64,000 nucleotides of DNA from Longimicrobiales bacterium (GTDB taxonomy: Bacteria > Gemmatimonadota > Gemmatimonadetes > Longimicrobiales > Gaopeijiaceae): the NCBI GenBank assembly GCA_041690395.1, contig JAWLHJ010000003.1:128001-192000 (forward strand), in the 5' to 3' direction. The notes below the pieces were generated by a model. It was given only the letters and a program-made list of their open reading frames with translations, ran no database searches and was not told the DNA's origin. Within the stretch, counting starts at the first letter, position 1, and every line of letters begins with the position of its first letter. The position numbers were made by a program, and so were the translations under genes. Positions 22,133 through 29,973 of this stretch are shown in pieces.

Positions 22133-24352
22133 ATGTCGATATTCGTCCGATCCTGTGCGCCTGTCTGGCTTCTCCTCCTCGCTCTCGCGGTCCCTGGCTC
22201 GGCCCAGGAACGCTCGGCCCGGGCCGTGACCGTGGAGACCCCTCCGATTGTCGACGGCGTGCTCGACGAGGCCGCTTGGGCGGAGGCGCCGGTGATGAGC
22301 GGCTTCATCCAGCGGGTCCCCCGGGACGGCAGCCCGGCGAGCGAGCCCACCGAGCTCCGGATTCTCCAGGACGAGTCGGCCCTTTACGTCGGTGTCTGGC
22401 TTTACGACTCCTCACCCGACGGCATCATCGCCGGGGAGAGCGTGCGGGACTACAACCTCGAGCAGAGCGACGCGATCCTCCTCATCCTCGACACGTTCCG
22501 GGACCAGCAGAACGCCTTCGTCTTCGGGACGAATCCGGCCGGCATCGAGTACGACGGGCAGGTCGCGAACTCAGGCGAGGGCGGAGGCCGGTTCTTCGGG
22601 GGCGGCGGTGGCGGCAACCAGCGGCAGCAGAGCGGGTCCGGCGGTGGCTTCAACCTGAACTGGGACTCGAGTTGGGACGTGGCGACTTCGCGTGACGCGC
22701 GCGGCTGGTACGCCGAGTTCCGGATCCCCTTCACCACCCTGCGCTACGCCGCGGGTGAGGAGCAGGTCTGGGGGCTCAACGTGGCGCGCCGTATTCGCCG
22801 GCTCAACGAGCAGTCGTTCTGGTCGCCGGTGCCGCGCGAATTCGACCAGTACCGGCTCAACTACGCCGGCGCGCTCGAGGGACTCGAACCTCCCGTCCAG
22901 CGGCTGGTCCAGGTGACGCCGTACGGGCTCCAGCGGGCGGAGCGGGACTACGTCGGCGGCATGGACTCTTTCGAGCATACGACGGAGTTCGGCGGCGACG
23001 CCAAGGTGCAGGTCACGCAGGGGCTGACTCTCGACCTGACCGTCAATACGGACTTCGCCCAGGTCGAAGTCGACGAGGTCCAGACCAACCTCACCCGCTT
23101 CAACATCTCGTTTCCCGAGAAGCGCCCGTTCTTCCTCGAGAACTCGGGACGCTTCGCGGTGGGCGCGGGCGGCGCGGACCTCTTCTTCAGCCGCCGGATC
23201 GGCATCTCCCCGGACGGGCAGGTGCCGATCCTGGGCGGCGGGCGCCTGTCCGGGCGCGCGGCGGGGCTGAACGTCGGGATGCTCCACATCGTCACCGACG
23301 AGCTCGAGGGGCTACAGCCCGAGAACCACTACTCGGTGATTCGGCTCGCCAAGGAGCTCCCGAATCGCTCGCGAATCGGAGGAGCGTTCATGCGGCGCGC
23401 CTCGGACGAGACGAACGACTGGAACCGCACGTACGCCGTCGATGGTCAGGTGGGCCTCGGCGAGGCGGTCTCCATCAGCTCGTTCCTCGCGAAGACCGAG
23501 ACCCCCGGGCTGACCGGACGCGACTATGCGTTCAACCTCCAGGGCGGCTACACGACACGGGCCTTCAACGGCACGTTGAGCTACCGCGAGGTCGGCGAGG
23601 ACTTCAACCCGGAGCTCGGCTTCCTGCCGCGTGACGGATACCGGTACGGTCAGGCGTTCGCCATGACGTACCACCGACCCGAGAACTTCCTGTCGCTACG
23701 CGAGATCCGCCCGCACATCTCGTACTTCGAGTACCGGAACATCGACACGGACTTCGTCCAGTCGGCGAGGTTGCACGTCGACAGCCATTTCGAGTGGGGT
23801 GGCGGAGCGGAGTTCCACCCCGGCTTCAACTGGGTGAAGGAGGGGCTCGAGGCTCCCTACGAGATCTCCCCTGGCGTCGTGGTGCCGGTGGGCACCTACT
23901 CCGGCTGGGAAGCCCAGTGGGTCTTCTTCACGAACGAGAGCTCGATGTTCTCGTTCAACGGCGGCGTGAACCTCGGGAGCTTCCTGTCCGGCGACCGCGT
24001 GAACCCCTACGCCACCGTCATCGTGCGGCCGAGCTCGTCGTTCAGCGGATCGATCCGGGTGGACCACAACGACGTCGACCTGCCCGAGGGCGCGTTCAAG
24101 ACGAACCTCTACGGGCTCCGCCTCTCGTACTTCATCACCCCGAGCATCAGCGTCCAGTCGCTGACGCAGTACTCGGACCGGGCCGACATCTGGTCGACGA
24201 ACGTGCGCTTCGGCTGGATCGACGACGCCGGCTCCGGCCTGTTCGTCGTCTTCAACCAGGCGAACGGCATCGAGGCGCTGTCCCGCGACACGCCGCTCAA
24301 CCGCTCGTTCGTCATCAAGTACAGCAAGCTGCTCAACGTGGCGCGCTGGTAG
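22133..24352 (+). CDS. Carbohydrate-binding family 9 / DUF5916 outer-membrane protein
   Basis: Signal peptide, PIVDGVLDEAAW, WYAEFRIPF, NTDFAQVEVD, FPEKRPFFLE, FFSRRIG. Confidence 0.8.
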   Translation: MSIFVRSCAPVWLLLLALAVPGSAQERSARAVTVETPPIVDGVLDEAAWAEAPVMSGFIQRVPRDGSPASEPTELRILQDESALYVGVWLYDSSPDGIIAGESVRDYNLEQSDAILLILDTFRDQQNAFVFGTNPAGIEYDGQVANSGEGGGRFFGGGGGGNQRQQSGSGGGFNLNWDSSWDVATSRDARGWYAEFRIPFTTLRYAAGEEQVWGLNVARRIRRLNEQSFWSPVPREFDQYRLNYAGALEGLEPPVQRLVQVTPYGLQRAERDYVGGMDSFEHTTEFGGDAKVQVTQGLTLDLTVNTDFAQVEVDEVQTNLTRFNISFPEKRPFFLENSGRFAVGAGGADLFFSRRIGISPDGQVPILGGGRLSGRAAGLNVGMLHIVTDELEGLQPENHYSVIRLAKELPNRSRIGGAFMRRASDETNDWNRTYAVDGQVGLGEAVSISSFLAKTETPGLTGRDYAFNLQGGYTTRAFNGTLSYREVGEDFNPELGFLPRDGYRYGQAFAMTYHRPENFLSLREIRPHISYFEYRNIDTDFVQSARLHVDSHFEWGGGAEFHPGFNWVKEGLEAPYEISPGVVVPVGTYSGWEAQWVFFTNESSMFSFNGGVNLGSFLSGDRVNPYATVIVRPSSSFSGSIRVDHNDVDLPEGAFKTNLYGLRLSYFITPSISVQSLTQYSDRADIWSTNVRFGWIDDAGSGLFVVFNQANGIEALSRDTPLNRSFVIKYSKLLNVARW

Positions 24353-24373
24353 CGCGGTAGCGCGGAAGGCCCC

Positions 24374-24640
24374 CTACCCTACCGTGTAGACGTCGCCGCT
24401 CTCTTCGATCTTTCGGTCTTCGTAGGGAGCGGCGACGCGGCGGTACAACTCGAGCTTCGCGCATTCGAGCACGCCCATCGCCTCGTTGAGATGCGCGTAG
24501 CGTAGACGCCCGTCGGAGGCCGAGAGTCCGGCCAGGTAGGCGTCGACGAGGCGCGTCACGGCGTAGTTCAGCTCACCGGCGTTCCTGGGGCTCCCGCCCC
24601 CGTCGAGGTGGTCTCGGGCATCGGCGTCGACGTACGGCAT
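24374..24640 (-). CDS. Small conserved hypothetical protein (MPY...GELNY...KLELYRR type; tentatively DUF6899-like)
   Basis: GGAG RBS, coherent motifs GELNYAVT and [18 protein letters not shown]; family name recalled, not verified. Confidence 0.6.
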   Translation of the reverse strand: MPYVDADARDHLDGGGSPRNAGELNYAVTRLVDAYLAGLSASDGRLRYAHLNEAMGVLECAKLELYRRVAAPYEDRKIEESGDVYTVG

Positions 24641-24679
24641 GGTCGCTCCAGCTTCGAATGAAGTGGGTTTTCGGGATGG

Positions 24680-24862
24680 TCAGGCGTCGGGCGGCCGGTC
24701 ATCTTCGCCGGCCACCAGTTCCTTCACCTTGTCGAACCTCTTCCATAGCCTCCTAGCACCGGCCACGGCGCCGAAGACCGCCGTGAGGCCCAGATAGACC
24801 GTGATGTTCATGGTGACGATGGCCACCAACAAGCCCATCAGCCAGAGGATCAGCTTTCCCAT
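24680..24862 (-). CDS. Small hypothetical membrane protein (60 aa)
   Basis: GGAGGA RBS, long hydrophobic segment, host-like codon usage. Confidence 0.55.
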   Translation of the reverse strand: MGKLILWLMGLLVAIVTMNITVYLGLTAVFGAVAGARRLWKRFDKVKELVAGEDDRPPDA

Positions 24863-24908
24863 CGAGTCCTCCGGAGGGTTCGTCGCATGGTCCGTGGCGA
24901 GAGAAAGT

Positions 24909-24950
24909 GAGAGCCCCGCAACGGCACTGCTACACCGTTGCGGGGCTCTC
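24909..24950 (-). terminator. 16-bp perfect hairpin downstream of tRNA-Arg
   Basis: gagagccccgcaacgg-N10-ccgttgcggggctctc. Confidence 0.65.
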
Positions 24951-24961
24951 GTGCTGAAGAG

Positions 24962-25035
<74 letters not shown>

Positions 25036-25375
25036 AAGTTGTTGTCATCGTGTTACGTACGCATGCCCTGACGAGGTCCGATCAGGCGATGTGCCAGAAA
25101 ACTGCGTCACGCTGGCATGCGAACAGGGCGGGCTCCGCGACCACGCTACGGATGACGGAGACCGCCCTGCAGGACCAACAGAAGGCCGGTTGCCCAGCAA
25201 GGTAGAGACGACCGCCATCTCGGGTCAACGCTGAGGCGGCGGACTTGGCGAACCCGAGGAGAAAGCGGATACGCGGCTCGTTGCTTGGCGGAACGGACGT
25301 AGCTACGGTGACTTCCTGGACGCCCTTAGGGGAGAGCCCTCCCTGATCGAGGCAAGCTCGTCGGCGTCGGGCACG

Positions 25376-25402
25376 TGTAACGCTCTCCGTACTTCAGGAG
25401 AC
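25376..25402 (+). promoter_or_regulatory. Candidate ECF promoter copy 1
   Basis: TGTAACG-N16-AGAC upstream of the Gre-like/dehydrogenase operon. Confidence 0.6.
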
Positions 25403-25509
25403 CGAAGAATGGGACTCGGACGAAGGGTCCCGCTGAATTCGGTCGCACGTCGGGCCCCCCGCCACCAAATCTGGCGACGGGGGGCCCGGCTCCACATTGG
25501 GCCTGGACT

Positions 25510-25989
25510 ATGTCAACGGCTTCCCCGAAGGAGATCCGACGTCGCCTGGGCGACCTCGTGACACGCTTGGCGGACGAGGTCCATCGGGACGGCGCGGGTA
25601 TCGTGAAAAATCCCTATGGGACAGGGATCGCGTCCCTCACAGGTCATCTGGGACTGCTCCTGGCGGGCGCAACCGCACCCAATCTTGCCACCGTCCACCC
25701 GGCGGTTGCCGGCTTCGGGTCCCATGTACGGGTCAAGGATCTTGGGACCGGTGAGATGGATACGTATCACCTCATGGCGAGTCAGGCCATGGACCTGGAT
25801 CAGGACCACGTGAGCCTCGAGTCTCCCCTTGGTGCTTCCCTCCTCGGGAGGACCGTGGGAGACATGGTCGATGTCCGCACCCCGGTGGGGCTCCGCCGTC
25901 TCGAGATTCTTGCGGTGCGGTCCCTCCTCGACCTTCTCGAGACCCTCGATCCGCAGGAGGGCGGCCTGCTGGCCGGCGCAAGGCAATGA
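25510..25989 (+). CDS. GreA/GreB C-terminal-domain protein (Rnk-like; lacks the Gre acidic coiled-coil tip)
   Basis: AGFGSHVRV...TYHL...VSLESPLGASLLGRTVGDMVDVRTPVG..LEILAV. Confidence 0.75.
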   Translation: MSTASPKEIRRRLGDLVTRLADEVHRDGAGIVKNPYGTGIASLTGHLGLLLAGATAPNLATVHPAVAGFGSHVRVKDLGTGEMDTYHLMASQAMDLDQDHVSLESPLGASLLGRTVGDMVDVRTPVGLRRLEILAVRSLLDLLETLDPQEGGLLAGARQ

Positions 25990-27236
25990 CACGAATAGTG
26001 GACCACCTCGTCGTCGGTGCCGGTATCGTGGGCGTGTCGATCGCGGACGCACTGGCCCGTGACGGCGCCAAGGTCCTGGTTGTGGACAAGGGCCGCATCG
26101 GTGAGGGATGCTCGAAAGCCAACGCGGGCTGGGTGACACCCTGTTTCGCGATGCCTCTACCTCGGCCGGGTCTGCTGGGAACCGCGCTGAAATGGATGGC
26201 GGACCCTGACAGCCCGTTCTACGTGCAACCGCGGCCGACCCCCGCCCGGCTGCGCTGGCTGTTGCAGTTCGCGCGATCCATGGGCCAGAGATCGTTCGAG
26301 TGCGGCACCGCTGCCCTGGTCGAACTGTCCCGCTATAGCCTCGACGCCTACGCCGAGCTCTACGCAGCGTGTCCGGGCCGAATCGGGCTCGAACGACGTG
26401 GCCTCCTGATGGTCGCCCTCACGACCGAGGGGCTGGTGGCGGCCGAATCGGACGCGGCCATGCTGCGGAGCTATGGTGTCGTCAGCGCAGTCCTCGACCC
26501 CGACGAGGCACGGCTCCTGGAGCCTGCCATCGCGGGGGATCTCGCGGGAGCCGTCCTCTATCCAGATGAAGCCCATCTCGAGCCGTCGGCAACCGTGGAG
26601 GCGATCGCGGACCGGGCCCGTGCATCGGGGGTAAGCTTCGAGACGGGTACGGAGGTCTTCGATTTCCGGGTGTCCTCGGGGCGCGTCACGGAAATCATGA
26701 CGACGAGGGGGAAGGTCGCAGCGGACCACGTCGTGCTCGCCACCGGCGCCTGGTCCAAGGCCGTGGCGCGGCGACTCGGGCTCCGTCTCCCGGTGCTGGG
26801 CGGCAAGGGATATTCCATGATGGTCGCGGCTCCGGCCCCGGCCCCTCTCATTCCAATGATGATTCTGGAGCGGAAGGTGGCGATTACGCCCTACGGCCAG
26901 GAGCTGCGGCTCGCCGGGACCTTGGAGCTCGTAGACGGCGACCTGTCGATCTCCCCTCGGCGCGTGGAGTCCATCCGGCGAGGCGCCGCGGCCGTTCTGG
27001 GGATTCCCGAATCAGCTCCGGTGGACCACGTCTGGCGCGGTCTCAGACCCTGTACGCCGGACGGCCTGCCCATGATTGGACGAGCTCCGGGCCTGGAGAA
27101 CGTTTACGTCGCCACGGGGCATCAGATGCTCGGCGTCCAGACGGCCCCCGCCACGGGTCGGCTCATGGCCGACCTTCTCCTGGATCGGGAGCCGATCTTC
27201 GATCCGGCCCCATTCCGGCCGGAGAGGTTCGAGTGA
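25986..27236 (+). CDS. FAD-dependent D-amino-acid dehydrogenase-like oxidoreductase (DadA/DAO family)
   Basis: VVGAGIVG, GCSKANAG, ATGAWS, KGYS, WRGLRPCTPDGLPMIG, ATGHQMLG. Confidence 0.88.
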   Translation: MTRIVDHLVVGAGIVGVSIADALARDGAKVLVVDKGRIGEGCSKANAGWVTPCFAMPLPRPGLLGTALKWMADPDSPFYVQPRPTPARLRWLLQFARSMGQRSFECGTAALVELSRYSLDAYAELYAACPGRIGLERRGLLMVALTTEGLVAAESDAAMLRSYGVVSAVLDPDEARLLEPAIAGDLAGAVLYPDEAHLEPSATVEAIADRARASGVSFETGTEVFDFRVSSGRVTEIMTTRGKVAADHVVLATGAWSKAVARRLGLRLPVLGGKGYSMMVAAPAPAPLIPMMILERKVAITPYGQELRLAGTLELVDGDLSISPRRVESIRRGAAAVLGIPESAPVDHVWRGLRPCTPDGLPMIGRAPGLENVYVATGHQMLGVQTAPATGRLMADLLLDREPIFDPAPFRPERFE

Positions 27237-27248
27237 TGCACCTCGTCG

Positions 27249-27722
27249 TCATGCCGCCTGGCTGCGTCGGAAGATCCGAAGCCGGCCCTCCACCCGGCTA
27301 GCTACCCACCTGCCTGAGGGCAGGGGCCCGCTGACATCCAGATCGAGATACTCGGTGTCGCCGCGACGGTGATACCGGGTCGGAATGACAGCCAGGGTCA
27401 GGGGATCGAGATGATCACCCACCCTGATCTGACCTTCGACCACCATCTCGCCCTCGGCACCCCGTCGGACCGCCGAGCCCTGGAAGACGCACCCCTCGGA
27501 GGCGCCGGCTACCGCCTGGGGATCTCCAGCAGGAATTCGGATCGAGAAGCGGGTTCCGACGAGTCCGTCCTCCCTCAACTCCACCCGACCCTCCGCCCCG
27601 GTGAGCACCAGGCCTCGGATACGACGGACAGGGCGTTCCACGAACAAGCGTGAGGCCGAAGCGTCGAGGTTCCACTTCGTGATACGGGAGGACGATGTAC
27701 GGCGCGACAAGTAGATGGTCAT
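27249..27722 (-). CDS. Divergent YceI-like beta-barrel protein (cytoplasmic)
   Basis: WNLDASASRLF and FQGSAV..VVEGQIRVG..PLTLAV pattern resembles YceI; preceded by an ECF-like motif. Confidence 0.45.
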   Translation of the reverse strand: MTIYLSRRTSSSRITKWNLDASASRLFVERPVRRIRGLVLTGAEGRVELREDGLVGTRFSIRIPAGDPQAVAGASEGCVFQGSAVRRGAEGEMVVEGQIRVGDHLDPLTLAVIPTRYHRRGDTEYLDLDVSGPLPSGRWVASRVEGRLRIFRRSQAA

Positions 27723-27754
27723 GGCGAGTCGAGGGGAGTGGGTTCTCCCCTTCA

Positions 27755-27780
27755 GTCTCGCTCGGAAGACAACCGTTACA
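27755..27780 (-). promoter_or_regulatory. Candidate ECF promoter copy 2
   Basis: Minus strand TGTAACG-N15-AGAC, 33 nt upstream of the 27722 ATG. Confidence 0.6.
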
Positions 27781-27814
27781 ACGGGCGGACATCCGCCAAA
27801 AAGGAAGATGGATC

Positions 27815-28468
27815 ATGACGCAGAGAGAGTTGAGACGTCCCTCCGAGCGTGTCGGCACACTCGGAAACACCGCCCTCCCTCCCCCGGACAGTCGGCCCCG
27901 TTCTATCGAAGCCATGCTCCGCCAGGCTCTGGTCGGCGGGGATGACTGCGCGCTGCGGACCGTCGTACGGGCCCTTCGGCCCGAGATGTTGCGGCTCGCC
28001 GCGAGCTACGTCCGCTCGGGGGACGACGCCGAAGACGTCGTTCAGGACACATGGATCGCCGCGCTCGGCGCCATCGAACGCTTCGAAGGACGCGCGTCCC
28101 TCAAGACCTGGTTGTTGAGGATCCTCACGTATCGTGCTCGTAGCGCCGGACGACGCGACGCCCGCACGCTGCCCCTCTCGCAGCTGGCCGGACCGTCCTC
28201 GAGCTTTCCTGAGACAGCCGAGGGAACACCGCTTTTCGTATCCCCGACGCCGGACCCTGAAGAGGTCGTCATCGCACAGGACCTTCGGGAACGCGTCGAG
28301 GACGCTTTGGCTCAGCTACCGCAACGGCAGCAGCAGGTCGTTCGTTTGCGGGACCTCGAAGGGTGGACTCCGAGCGCCGTGAGCACTCATCTCAAGGTGT
28401 CTCAGGGGAACCAACGCGTCCTTCTCCACCGTGGACGCGCGCAGCTCCGAGCGCGGGTCGCCGTATGA
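27815..28468 (+). CDS. ECF RNA polymerase sigma factor (start uncertain, 27815 or 27914)
   Basis: DAEDVVQDTW, FEGRASLKTWLLRI, LPQRQQQVVRLRDLEG, NQRVLLHRGR. Confidence 0.9.
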   Translation: MTQRELRRPSERVGTLGNTALPPPDSRPRSIEAMLRQALVGGDDCALRTVVRALRPEMLRLAASYVRSGDDAEDVVQDTWIAALGAIERFEGRASLKTWLLRILTYRARSAGRRDARTLPLSQLAGPSSSFPETAEGTPLFVSPTPDPEEVVIAQDLRERVEDALAQLPQRQQQVVRLRDLEGWTPSAVSTHLKVSQGNQRVLLHRGRAQLRARVAV

Positions 28469-28519
28469 GCGGGCGCCGCACCCCTCGTCACTACCGCAAG
28501 GGGCCACCCTCGTGCTCCG

Positions 28520-28546
28520 TGTAACGCCACCGGGGCCTCGCCAGAC
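28520..28546 (+). promoter_or_regulatory. Candidate ECF promoter copy 3
   Basis: TGTAACG-N16-AGAC upstream of the 28608 ATG. Confidence 0.6.
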
Positions 28547-28607
28547 CATTCACTGTCCCGGGGCCCGAGCTCGCGCCCGCCTCCTCCCATAGACACCGAG
28601 ATCCACG

Positions 28608-29282
28608 ATGTCCACGGTCCTGACCCGATACGGCTTCCGAAATTGCATGGGCGCGTTCCACCAGATGGATACCAGGAACGCTCGAGCCCTCCTGCCCGAT
28701 CATCTGCAGCCCATCGAGGCTCAACACGGTCGTAGCGTGCTCGCCATCCTCGCGTTCCAGTTCACGCAGAGCGAGGTCGGCGCCTACGACGAGCTCGTGA
28801 TGGCCATCATCACGCCGCCCCGGGTCGAGCCCCGAAAGGCCCTACCCAAGGCGGCCTTCTACCCCTTCGTGGTGGCGACGAATACGGCAGCGTCACGGCG
28901 TCACGCCATCGAACGATGGCATCTGCCGCACTACCCCGAAGACCTGTCATTCCAGTTCCGGGAAGAGGACGAGAAGATCGAGCTCGAGGTCCGGGATAGT
29001 GCCCGTTCCGTCCTCGAGCTCGAGGTCTCCGCGCACGAGTTCAAGAAGGCGATGAATCCCTACCACGCGTTCACCGTCGCCGACGATTCCGGAACACGCT
29101 TCAAGGTCAACATCTTCATGGATGCCCCTCATTCGGAGCACGAGGCCGAGCGGGGACGCCTCACGCTGCACGCTCATCCGATGCTCGCAGGGCTGGACAG
29201 CGCCCAGGTCGACCCCGTCCCCTTCCGCGAGGAGTGGTACCGCACGGGCGTGCAGACCTTCGATGAGCTGGAGCGGCTGTAG
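28608..29282 (+). CDS. Acetoacetate-decarboxylase-fold (ADC-like) protein
   Basis: ARALLPDHLQP, SEVGAYDELVMAI, AIERWHLPH patterns of the ADC superfamily. Confidence 0.6.
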   Translation: MSTVLTRYGFRNCMGAFHQMDTRNARALLPDHLQPIEAQHGRSVLAILAFQFTQSEVGAYDELVMAIITPPRVEPRKALPKAAFYPFVVATNTAASRRHAIERWHLPHYPEDLSFQFREEDEKIELEVRDSARSVLELEVSAHEFKKAMNPYHAFTVADDSGTRFKVNIFMDAPHSEHEAERGRLTLHAHPMLAGLDSAQVDPVPFREEWYRTGVQTFDELERL

Positions 29283-29410
29283 GGCCCTCTGACCCGACGC
29301 ATCCGTGCCTGGTATCGCGACACCTCGGCTGATGCGCGACCACGTCGTTCGCCCAAGGGGGCATATCGGAAGGGTCAGAACGGATGGTATGGTCTGACGA
29401 CGGCACGTCA

Positions 29411-29439
29411 TTGCGGAGCATCCTCGAGGACCCTACTGT
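29411..29439 (+). promoter_or_regulatory. Candidate sigma70 promoter for the chorismate mutase/prephenate dehydratase unit
   Basis: TTGCGG-N17-TACTGT, with an ATG 7 nt after the -10 box. Confidence 0.55.
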
Positions 29440-29446
29440 TCTCCCT

Positions 29447-29524
29447 ATGAACAGGTCTGCCTTCCCCTCGGTTCGATTTACCGTGTCCCGCCACCCGGCG
29501 TCGGACGCGCGCACAGCTATGTAA
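29447..29524 (+). CDS. Candidate leaderless leader peptide MNRSAFPSVRFTVSRHPASDARTAM
   Basis: ATG at predicted +1, two Phe codons, ends 33 nt before a terminator that precedes Phe biosynthesis genes. Confidence 0.4.
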   Translation: MNRSAFPSVRFTVSRHPASDARTAM

Positions 29525-29557
29525 CCGAACCACCAGGTTCGACCCCACGAGCGACGC

Positions 29558-29596
29558 AAAGCGTTCCGGCACTCCGCCGGAGCGCTTTTTTCGTTT
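29558..29596 (+). terminator. Intrinsic terminator (candidate attenuator) upstream of chorismate mutase
   Basis: aaagcgttccggc-actcc-gccggagcgc followed by TTTTTTCGTTT. Confidence 0.75.
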
Positions 29597-29649
29597 CTTC
29601 GGGGTCCTCATCGCGCCGCTCGGCCCCGACCACCCGGGAATCCCGACCC

Positions 29650-29973
29650 ATGAGCCCTCCACCTCAATCCACCGCACCGCCCCGTGATCTGGACGATGTG
29701 CGCCTGGCCATCGACCGGCTGGACGACGCTGTCGTGTCTCTCATCGAAGAACGCCTGCAACTGGCACGACTGGCCGGTGACTTCAAGCGGACCTCCGGCC
29801 GACTCGCCCGCGACCCTCGACGGGAGGCTGAGGTCATTCGCCGCGCTGCGCAGCGCGCCCGCGAGCTCGGCGTGGACGACGAGCGGGTGCGAGACATCTT
29901 CTGGCGCTTGATCGACCTGTCCCATGCCACCGTCGAGTCGGACGGTGGGGATCGGGAGTCGGAGAATGGGTGA
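29650..29973 (+). CDS. Chorismate mutase (AroQ type II)
   Basis: LDDVRLAIDRLDDAVVSLIEER...K...RDPRREAEVI. Confidence 0.88.
   Translation: MSPPPQSTAPPRDLDDVRLAIDRLDDAVVSLIEERLQLARLAGDFKRTSGRLARDPRREAEVIRRAAQRARELGVDDERVRDIFWRLIDLSHATVESDGGDRESENG

Noticed and set aside
25036..25375. Possible integrase remnant beside the tRNA
   Set aside because: No tyrosine or serine recombinase motif recognisable by eye; a translated search would be needed.
29520..29544. Fourth TGTAAC (TGTAACcgaaccaccaggttcGACC) as another ECF promoter
   Set aside because: It lacks the G after AAC and the A of AGAC, the spacer is 2-3 nt too short, and it overlaps the uORF stop codon.
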